64,000 bases of DNA from Octopus vulgaris (Eukaryota): the NCBI GenBank assembly GCA_951406725.2, contig OX597830.1, positions 27,714,001 through 27,778,000 of the forward strand, written 5' to 3'. Below, piece by piece: positions 54,514 to 64,000 of the stretch (its first letter is position 1; every line of letters begins with the position of its first letter). The notes below the pieces were generated by a model, which worked only from the letters and a program-made list of their open reading frames with translations, searched no databases and had not been told where the DNA came from. A program made the translations under genes and the position numbers.

Positions 54514-54556
54514 CATACGTTGACAAGAGGCAATAACCTCGAAACCGGTCCGTATG
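54514..54556 (+). ncRNA. Type I hammerhead ribozyme, U3-A8 core variant, copy 2
   Basis: Identical to copy 1; predicted cleavage after C54550. Confidence 0.8.
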
Positions 54557-54728
54557 CAGCATCCGTATCTTCGGGGAGGCTGATCTCCCTTTGCATGCTG
54601 GCAAGGACACCGAGATGGAGTCAGCTCTTCTGGTGACGTTGATGTTCGCCAGGGGCTAAATGCATCAGTAACACCCCCACCACCCCGACCTGACCCTAGC
54701 CACATTCAGATGGCTGATCCCCCTTATG

Positions 54729-54810
<82 letters not shown>

Positions 54811-54863
54811 ATGTGTGTGTGTATGTGTGTGTGTGTGTGTTTGTGTGCATCTGTGTTTGTCCT

Positions 54864-54906
54864 ATTCTTGCGTAATTTAGGCGACAGTTTATTCACCGCA
54901 TACTGT
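54864..54906. mobile_element. Orphan Tc1/mariner-like TIR remnant
   Basis: Identical 43-mer to 13709-13751; ends ...atactg followed by TA. Confidence 0.5.
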
Positions 54907-54969
54907 ATGTATATATATATATATGTATATATGTATATATTTATTTAGTTATCAATATATATTTGAGTG

Positions 54970-55180
54970 CTCGTGTCTGTGTTTGTGTCTTCACAATCAC
55001 TTGACAACCGATGTTGGTGTGTTTACGTCCCCCTGACTTAGCGGTTCGACAAAAAAAAGCTGATAGAATAAATACTAGACTTACAAAGAATAATTCCAGG
55101 AGTCAGATTCTTTGACTACAAAAGTGGTGCTCCAGCATGGCCACAGAAAAAAATGACAAATAAAAGTGTAAAAGAGTATA
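54970..55180 (+). mobile_element. SINE family A 3' part
   Basis: cttgacaaccgatgttggtgtgtttacgtcccc...gtgctccagcatggcc...aaaagagt. Confidence 0.8.
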
Positions 55181-55789
55181 TAAGTAGAATAATGAATGAA
55201 ATGAGAGAAAAAAAAGGAGAGCTTCTAACAATAAAGAAAGTCTAAAATCTTTTATATTTCGAGCGCAATGGCCTGTCTTCAGTGGAACATCACCAAAGAA
55301 ATTTGTATTTACATGGATCCTGTTTGTCCGCAGCTTGTGTTAGTAGCAAAAGCTCCCTAAATACTGGCGTAGTTAGTGTCTTAGAGTTCACATTAAGGTC
55401 AATGGTGCTGGGATGGTGATGATTGGCTGTAGGTTGACAGCAGTGGTAGTGAAGCCGGTTGACTATGGGGGTGAATGCCATGGCAAGAACGACAGTTATC
55501 TATGACGTTGTCTAGATTGATGTTATTAGTGATGGTAGTATGAGTAATTGTCGTGGTAGTAGCTGGTGATAGCATTAGGGTCAGTATTCTTGTAGTAATC
55601 GTGACCCCCATCAATTACCTTGCCTACAACTTCAATAATAGAGAGAACTAAAGCCTCGATACAATATAGAGCAAAACAGAAGATGGGACGCAGACGAGAT
55701 GTATGATATAAATGCAAAACTAGGTGTATAATACTAGGTGTATGTCTATCTAAATGTTCGCCTATCCGTCCGTCCGTCTTTTGCCCATC

Positions 55790-55857
<68 letters not shown>

Positions 55858-55899
55858 AGAAACTTTAGCACGCCGGGCGAAATGCTTAGCGGTATGTGA

Positions 55900-56160
55900 G
55901 CACTCGACACTGCAAACCTTGACTGAAAGAGTTACTCCAATTATTAAAGCACAACTCTCCAACACTGCTTAATAAACATAACGAGGCATTAAGCACATGC
56001 AACCACCGCTTTTGTGACACATTTAAATTCTACCACAAATCCAAATGGCAGAATGACCATAGAGTACATTTCCACAATACTCCTTATGTAATCCCAATAA
56101 CCTTATAAACTTACACTATAACTCCTAATCCCTATCTAGTTTCTCACATATACAACCATC
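55900..56160 (+). pseudogene. Penelope-like element GIY-YIG C-terminal remnant
   Basis: CKP*LKELLQLLKHNSPTLLNKHNEALSTCNHRF resembles the PLE endonuclease end C.LCL.E...I......LLNKR.E..S.C.H. Confidence 0.6.
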
Positions 56161-56274
56161 TGATTATATTCGTATGTATGTGCACACACCTATGCGTGCG
56201 TATATGCGCACGAGTGAGAGTATGCGTATATGCATGTATGTGGGCATATGTAAATATACGTACACATGCGAGGT

Positions 56275-56458
56275 AAAGAAGCCCGTCGTATATATATATA
56301 TATATATATATATATACGACGGGCTTCTTTCAGTTTCTGTCTACCAAATCCGGTAACAAGTCATCGGTCGGTCGGAGGGTATAGGGCTATAGTAGAAGAC
56401 ACTGAACCCAGAACCATGTGGTTGGTAAGCAAGCTGCTTACCACTCAGCTACTCCTGT
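56275..56458 (-). mobile_element. SINE family A 5' half with a short inverted duplication across its (TA)n
   Basis: tacgacgggcttctttcagtttc...gaaccatgtggttggtaagc. Confidence 0.75.
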
Positions 56459-56889
56459 ACCTATATAAATATCTAACTTCTATAAGTACCCCTATAAATA
56501 TAAATACCTCTTCCGATGTTTTGCCAAATTGTAATTACATTCAATAAATTGCAATAACACTGAATTAAAATATTTATACAAATTTATCTTTCCTGAAGTG
56601 TGTATATATATCTTGTTTTGGCGGACTTTATATAAAAGTTTGAATAATTATTTCCATCATGCTTTCGATTACTATTAGTCGAAGTAGACGTAGTAGCTGT
56701 AGTTGATTTTTCTTGTAATTGCTGTTGTTCTTCTTGTTCGTGTTGTTTTTCTTAAAGCCTAAGTCAAACTTCTCGGAGCATAAGTATGATAGTATTTTTT
56801 AAAAAAAGCATTCGTTCGTTACAAGGTCCTTCTTAGACCCACTGAAAACGTAAGAGCTACTTGAATAAAATGGACGCTAGACAGAAGTC

Positions 56890-57110
56890 AATAGGTGACG
56901 ATGTATATTAGACATAAAAGACTGGAGGTCATATTGAAGAGGAAAACAAGACTGTGGAAGAGAATAGGAGTTTGCACAGTATACTGATGAGAACTGAATG
57001 CAAGTCTAGTTGTTCGCTGATACGTTCTTAAAGGAGAAACCAGAGAAGAGAGCTCAACTGAACAATGGCCATGAAAATACTTATAGAAAAGAGACGTGGG
57101 CATATGTAGT
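56890..57110 (-). pseudogene. LINE ORF2 C-terminal remnant (CR1/L2/Jockey-like)
   Basis: SLFYKYFHGHCSVELSSLVSPLRTYQRTTRLAFSSHQYTVQ. Confidence 0.6.
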
Positions 57111-57812
57111 CGAGAATCGAGTCTCATGAGATATGATTTATCATCTGGCGGCCCGCCCTATTAAAAGCGAAATCCAAGATAATTTTTCGTTATGCGTGCC
57201 TTTCAGATGGTCCCACAAACCGTAGTTTACTAATCACTAATCTAAGGTGTTCTGTCCATAACCATCGCATATAGGCGAGGTGTATCTAAGCCTACAGTTA
57301 TCTTGCCTGGACATTTATTAAGATATTTCTTAAAGGTTATTTGACTGCTATTTCTAGCATGCTCGGTGGCTATATAGTTGTTCTCGCTTTGGTTCGTCAG
57401 AGCCAGGTATTTTACAGCCAGATGGACGTCTCTTCCCCCCCACCACCAAAAAACAAGTAAACGCTAAAAAGCTTTTCGTTTACTTCCGATCATTTCCGTT
57501 CAATTTTCGTTCATATTCGTTGAGTTCCGTTTAGCTATTTTTCGTCACCGGAGAAGATAATGGAATTTTTTTTCTTCTGAGAGTGTTGTTTTTTTTTTCT
57601 CATTATTTACATAGCTTTCTTTTAACTTACTCGCGTTTTCTGTTCCTCTAATGGATAATTTAGAATAGTTAAAGACAGTAGTCTGTAGGGTAATATATCA
57701 AAAACCTACTTAACTCTCCACATAACTTGACGTAGGTATCTACTCATATACCTACCATATTACCCACCTCCTCTAACTACTTATATATTTGCATACCTGT
57801 CCATCTATCCTC

Positions 57813-57950
57813 CTACCTACCTTCTTACCTTCCTACCTACCTACCTACCTACCTACCTACCTACCTACCTACCTACCTACCTACCTACCTACCTACCTAC
57901 CTACCTACCTACCTACCTACCTAACTACCTACCTACCTACCTATCTACCT
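57813..57950. repeat. (CTAC)n microsatellite
   Basis: Direct reading. Confidence 0.95.
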
Positions 57951-58056
57951 ACCAACCTGTTAACTTCAATAAGTAGCTAACTGACATTCAGTGTACTCCC
58001 AGTTCGTCTGAAAGTGTTAGGTGTCAGGCATTCTATATAGAGTAGTAGTAGTAGTG

Positions 58057-58090
<34 letters not shown>

Positions 58091-58833
58091 CAGCAATAGT
58101 AGTGGTGGTGGTGATGGTTGTAGTGATGATAATGTGGTGACGATGGTACAGGTGTTGGTTGTGGTAATGATATTTGTGGTGCAGGTAATGGTATTGGTGG
58201 TGCTGATGGAGATGGTGTTGGTGACAGTGAGGGGGTGATATTGGATGTGATGGTGGTGGTGGTGATATTGGTTGTGGTAGTGGTGGTGGTGGTGATGATG
58301 GTGATGGTGGCGGTATGGAAACAACATAAGCTGAAAAAAAAAAAGAAATAAAGAACGAATGGATAAAGAACAAAACAAACAAAAAAAAAACAGAAAAGAA
58401 AACTCGGGCGATCGGTTGGCCTACGTAATTCCGAATGTAAAGTGAGAAAGACAAAACGCTAGTTGTTTGCAAGACATTTGAGTAGATAATTCGTGAGAAG
58501 GAGTTATTAGCCACTCTCTATAAAGTAATAGCAATACCTACATATACATGATTATATATAAGTCCATATATTACATACACGCACGCATGCATACATATAA
58601 TATATTTAAAGCTGCGACAGCCTGGATCATTAGAAGGAAATCTTCGTTCTCGGTAGTAGAGTAATTTCTATTCCAAGACGAACTCGAACCTAAAACTCAG
58701 AGTTGCAACGAAAACTGATTCAGATTCAAATAAATTATATATTTCGACTCTGTCTCAGGGTATTTAATACATTTTTAATTTGATTGCATTTGAAGTCCAC
58801 AGTGAAACCCCTTACCACTCTCTATGTATCTAT

Positions 58834-58893
<60 letters not shown>

Positions 58894-58993
58894 ATATATA
58901 TATACTTATACATACTCGTGTTTCCCTTGCTTATTCACTCTTATGTATGCATGTATGTATGTATGTATGTATGTATGTATGTATGTATGTATG

Positions 58994-59047
<54 letters not shown>

Positions 59048-59063
59048 TATATATATATGCATA

Positions 59064-59156
59064 GTTAATCCAAACAAGAAAACACAAAAAAACACAACAA
59101 CGCAAGGACGTGGAACAAATATAGTATTATTGGACGCTCAGGAAAGAAGGAAAGAA
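59064..59156 (-). mobile_element. Stub of the 38646-38845 family, truncated before the HHR
   Basis: Near-identical to 38646-38737. Confidence 0.7.
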
Positions 59157-59218
59157 TACATCTTTTATCACTTACTTGCTTCAGTCATTTCATTTGACAC
59201 AGCATGCTGGGCACCACC

Positions 59219-59274
<56 letters not shown>

Positions 59275-60175
59275 GAGAGAGAGAGAGATACATACGCACA
59301 GTTGTGTTTAAGCTAAACCCTTATTCCTATTACGCCCTTCCTTTATTAGTATAGCAGCCTTTTGTATTATGTAAGTTTGCTAAACCGTCATCTCTGTACA
59401 ATCCGGAAATATAATGGTAGTGGGCTTTGTGTAGGTATCACGGAAAAAAACTATTCAGGAGAACAACTACCTTCGCTCCGACATAAATCCCTCATGGAAA
59501 TATCAAACCAAGAGTTATCTGTCACTTTGATCAAGAAAATATCACAAAAATCACAAAAGTTAGTTCGTATCAAAGAACATGTCTAAATCATCAAAGAACT
59601 TGTCTAAATCAGGAGGATTCTGACACTCTAGTGTCAGACTTAGGGTTTACAGTCCGAAAGAATTTGGTATAGAACAGTGGACAAAGGTCTATAGCACCAA
59701 ATGGCATGGATGTGAGGGGTCTGTTTGAAATGACTTCGTCTGACGCATACCCACATTGTGTTCTAATCTCTCGGTGCTTCTAACTTGGAGGGCAAGAGTG
59801 TCAAGACTGCGATTCTTATCTATTATCCGTTCCCTGCCGAATGTGATGACCAAATTACTTTTGACTTTGGAGAGGAAGTACGACTTTTGGTACTTGAAGA
59901 TAATTAATATAGTAAATGGTAAAGTTACCTTCGCAAGCCATACCGACTCATAAAGGCCGTCTTCCCGGTTTCATGGGGTATATATACTCCACTTTTCTAT
60001 GTAGTTAGATCGTAGATGATCTTCTTCTAGCATATTGGATGTCCAATTAGTGGGAATCCCTTATTATGCGCATGTAATACAATTTTTCTGAATTTTCAGA
60101 TTTTTCTATATGCTAGGCTACTGGTTTTAAATTGATGCGAATTAAATTAGTATTCAATTTATTAGCCCCATTATT

Positions 60176-60239
<64 letters not shown>

Positions 60240-60466
60240 CGCTTTGTGTATTTTCCGGTGGCTGCAATGGCGTTGCGGAGTATAGAAAGTCTTATGTCGC
60301 CGGTATCTTAAAAATATTTGGAAGTCGAATAATAATATTTATTACACTAGGTTTGCTTTTACTTCACGCACACACACACACATACACACACACACGCACG
60401 CGCACATATGTATGTGAACACTTATTTTCCCGTTGATCTCAATATAATGAAGTAAGGTAATGTAAT

Positions 60467-60779
60467 GGTACCGTTATGATACCGTTACCGACCAAGCTAT
60501 CAGATGTTGCTACACATCGCTGGTCACAATGCGCTTCGCATTGTTTTAGCTTTCAAATGACGCCACCCCGCTGGCTAAGCGAGCTGGCTAACAGAAGAAA
60601 GAATGAGAGAAAGTTGTGGCGAAAGAGTACAGCAGGGATCGCCACCACCCTCTGTCGGAGTCTCGTGGAGGTTTTAGGTGTTTTCGCTCAATAAACATTC
60701 ACAGCGCCTGGTCTGGGAATCGAAACAGCGATCCTACAACCGCGATCTGCTGCCCTAACCACCGGGCCATTGCGTCTCT
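60467..60779 (-). mobile_element. tRNA-derived SINE family D with target-site duplication
   Basis: Minus-strand head gcaatggcccggtggttagggcagc...gtttcgattccc; TSD ggtaatgtaat at 60456-60466 and 60782-60792. Confidence 0.8.
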
Positions 60780-62214
60780 ATGGTAATGTAATAAAATTTT
60801 TATTTAACCAAAGCTATACAGACCGTAACTCCAAGTTTCCTCTCAGGTTTCTGTATTAATAATAGTAAGAAAATATGCGCAACGGGCTTAATGTGAGTGA
60901 CAAACTGAGAATACAAAACTTCTTGAGTTGTTTCAAGTATTAACTGCTTCAGAAGAAGGTTGTCCCGTGTTCAATCTTTCAGGCATTTTGAAATAACCAC
61001 AACAGAAATTTCGATTTATGGCGGCAAATGAACAAGGAATATTTAAGCCATAATTTGTATGGAAAAAGATATACATTTTTTCAGAAATATAATATCAGAA
61101 TTATCATTCACCTGTGATGATTTGTCGCATTCAAATATCTTAGAAACGATTTTATAGGTTCATATTTAAAAAAAAAAATTATTTAGGAAACAAATATATT
61201 GTGAAAATTCTTGTTAGATCTTTTAGGATTTATAAAAGTAAATTTATGCTGATTAAATCTTAACTTAAAATAATTTTCAGTGAAGCGGACTTAATCGTTG
61301 AAAAGGGAATCATTAGCTAAAAATACTTTTGCACGAGAAACGATCGTCTTTGAACGACAAATTATTTAATGGGCATTGTATGGGGTTAAAACAATTGAAC
61401 AAACGAGAAGAATTCAATGTAGGTAGTCGTCTTAGCCTTTTAATATGTGTACAACTAAAGCTTAATTTAACAATACTCCTATTAAAAGTTTTATAGCCAT
61501 GGTTTTCTGGGGAAGATATTTATCTAATAAATGAAAGAACTGTTTAGCGATAATTGTACGCACATTAAAGATAATGGAGCATTAAACCAAATAATTTTGC
61601 ATTTCTATTTTTCCGTGTCCAATAATAGTGATAACAATAATAATAATAATTATATTAGTAGTAGTGGTTGCTGTAGTAAAGATAATAATAATAATAATGA
61701 TAATAATAATAATTATTATTATTAATATTATTTAAATAATGAATCTACTACTCAAATCTGCTCTGCGTTAACGCTTCATGTTGCAGGAATATATATCAGA
61801 TAGAATACTGGTGGAGGCATTCTAGTATTTTCTTCTACACACATTTTCTTCCATGGTCAATACACATAGACAGAAACACCTGTCACTCCCAACCCCGACA
61901 CTCACACAAATATATAAATGTATATATCTATCAGATAGTATTTCAAAATAACAGGAACTACATACTACATCATAAAATAAGGCAATGCTTATTTACTGAA
62001 ATAAATATATTTACATTTAGTTAATTTTCTTGTGCATTGATCCGTATTTTTACAAGTGATGTGCAGATAATTTATACATAAATATTCATAGATATACATA
62101 TATAAGTATATACATATATATATATATACGTAAATGTATGTATATATTTATATATATATATGTATTTATATTTATGCATATATATGTATATATTCATATG
62201 TTTGTATATATATG

Positions 62215-62273
<59 letters not shown>

Positions 62274-62441
62274 CTATATAAGTATGTATATATTTATATA
62301 TGTTTGTATATATATGTATATATATGTATAAACATGTATGTATATATGTATTTAGATATGTGTGTATGTATATATATGTGTGTGTGTAAGTCTATATGTG
62401 TGTGTTTTATGTGATTGGAATTCAAACAGAAGTAAATTTAC

Positions 62442-62531
62442 CCGAGACTATTAGAAGAATTTCTTTGTCCGAGGCATTGAGGCTTTATTCTATTCTGACT
62501 CTGAGTCCTCCACCGAGTCATTTCCTTACTT
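62442..62531 (-). CDS. Candidate 90-nt symmetric exon (SKEMTRWRTQSQNRIKPQCLGQRNSSNSL)
   Basis: Minus strand tctcttttcacctag|90 nt|gtaaat; single open frame; unique island among microsatellites. Confidence 0.2.
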
Positions 62532-62659
62532 CTAGGTGAAAAGAGATCATACATACATAAATATTTACACATATATGTAATATATGTTAATATATATATC
62601 TGTATTGTATAATACACACACAAACTCTCTCTCTCTCACTCACGCACTTACGTACACAT

Positions 62660-63069
62660 CTCTTTTACTCTTATCTGTTTCATTCATTTGACTGTGTCCA
62701 TGCTGGAGCACCGCCTTTAGTTGAGGAAATCGACCCCAGGACTTATTCTTTGTAAGCCTAGTGCTTATTTTATCGGTCTCTTTTGCCGAACCACTAAGTT
62801 ACGGGGATGTAAACACACCAGCATCGGTTGTCAAGTGATGTTGAGGGGACAAACACAGACACACAAACATATACACTCACACATACATTCAAATATACGT
62901 ATGTACGACGGGCTACTATCAATTTCCGTCTACCAAATCCACTTATGAGGCTTTGGTCGGCCCGAGGCTATAGTAGAAGACACTTGCCCAAAGTGCCACG
63001 CAGTGGGACTGAACTCGGAACCATGTGGTTGGTAAGCAATGTACTTACCACACAGCCACTTCTACGCCT
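62660..63069 (-). mobile_element. SINE family A, full length
   Basis: Reverse-complement match to 2243-2671. Confidence 0.9.
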
Positions 63070-63070
63070 A

Positions 63071-63167
63071 GGCTATAGTAGAAGACACTTGCCCAAAGTA
63101 CCACGCAATGGGACTGAACCCAGAACTATGTGGTTGGTAAGCAAGGTACTTACAACACGGCCACTCT
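63071..63167 (-). mobile_element. Extra SINE A head in tandem with the preceding copy
   Basis: Repeats 62966-63062 with several substitutions. Confidence 0.85.
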
Positions 63168-63457
63168 ACTTTATTTAACGATTTTTCAATGCACGATAAA
63201 TGCAGTTGACCTCCATAGGATTTCAAAGCATGGCACGTGATTGAACAACGCAGCACGTTCTAGCAAATGCGCACGCACAAACAAATGTGTATGTATGTAT
63301 GTACGTGCGCGTTTGTACTTGCAGTGTTAAACCCCGCGTATATATAGAGAAGTTTTCCTTTGAGACCAAAATGAATGTCTTACACACACACACACACACA
63401 CACATACACACACACACGCACAGAAATACACACACTCGCACACACACACACACACAC

Positions 63458-63546
<89 letters not shown>

Positions 63547-64000
63547 CTTTACATATAAATTTGACATGGCGATTCATCCTTGTCTTGGGATTCGGTCAAA
63601 CGGCTGGGTCGAACTGCACGAAGCATTACACAGATGTGTAGAATGACCCGGTGTTGTTGCTGGGCTTTGTATTTCTTCATATATACTATGGTTACCGAGA
63701 TAATCTACTATAATAATACTCTTGTGTTTATGAATGAAAAAGGAAGGGGTGACAGATGAATAAGGAAGGAAGGGGTGATGTCATACTTGGTAGTGGGATG
63801 CTGAAACAAAAATCAAACAGCGTTTCAACTCCGTGTGAATATATGCGTATGTATGTAAAAGGGTGTATGTGAATGTGCGTTTGTGTGCGTGTGCACGCGC
63901 AGTGGCAGTAGGGTGGTTCATCTTTGTTCGCTTAGTATTTGGCTTTATTTTTTGATTTGGTTGAATCCTGGTTGTTTTTTTTTTCTTATGCTGGTCAGTT

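Larger units (their letters stand above)
54048..54733 (+). mobile_element. Tandem non-coding element with paired hammerhead ribozymes (358-nt period; retrozyme-like)
   Basis: 54048-54375 recurs at 54406-54733 with about 7 substitutions; HHR in each unit; sits at the internal (TA)n of a family A SINE. Confidence 0.85.

Noticed and set aside
55248-55290. Minus-strand CTGAAGA...GAAA motif
   Set aside because: Stems I and II do not pair; at best a decayed PLE end, so not counted as an HHR
59390-59586. Possible GIY-YIG remnant (LCVGITEK)
   Set aside because: One weak motif only

Overview
AT-rich, microsatellite-saturated eukaryotic DNA, almost entirely intronic or intergenic. The tRNA-derived SINE families and repeat landscape look like those of an octopod cephalopod (Octopus); that assignment is from recognition, not a search. 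No intact host gene is evident: nearly all long ORFs in the track are microsatellite read-throughs, and there are only two weak candidate minus-strand exons. Identifiable content: about 14 copies of a ~400-bp tRNA-derived SINE with an internal (TA)n/(TG)n tract (family A); about 8 copies of a second, sometimes dimeric SINE (family B); two further SINEs (C, D) and a C/D mosaic; decayed CR1/L2-group and RTE LINE fragments; three co-oriented 5'-truncated Tx1/L1-clade LINE ends nested in (TATC)n; a DD37D (maT) transposon with a nested SINE; two DD34D mariner remnants; a non-autonomous Helitron; MITE-like fold-backs; and a 69-bp minisatellite. The most notable signal is a set of about 10 minimal type I hammerhead-ribozyme (HHR) motifs in several unrelated short non-coding elements beside (TA)n tracts. 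Two elements are direct-repeat units bounded by paired HHRs (358-nt and 298-nt monomers, retrozyme/Penelope-pLTR-like) and two are fold-back palindromes. The 358-nt pair has a compensatory U3-A8 catalytic core. All structures were read by eye, so coordinates of decayed elements are approximate and ribozyme activity is untested.
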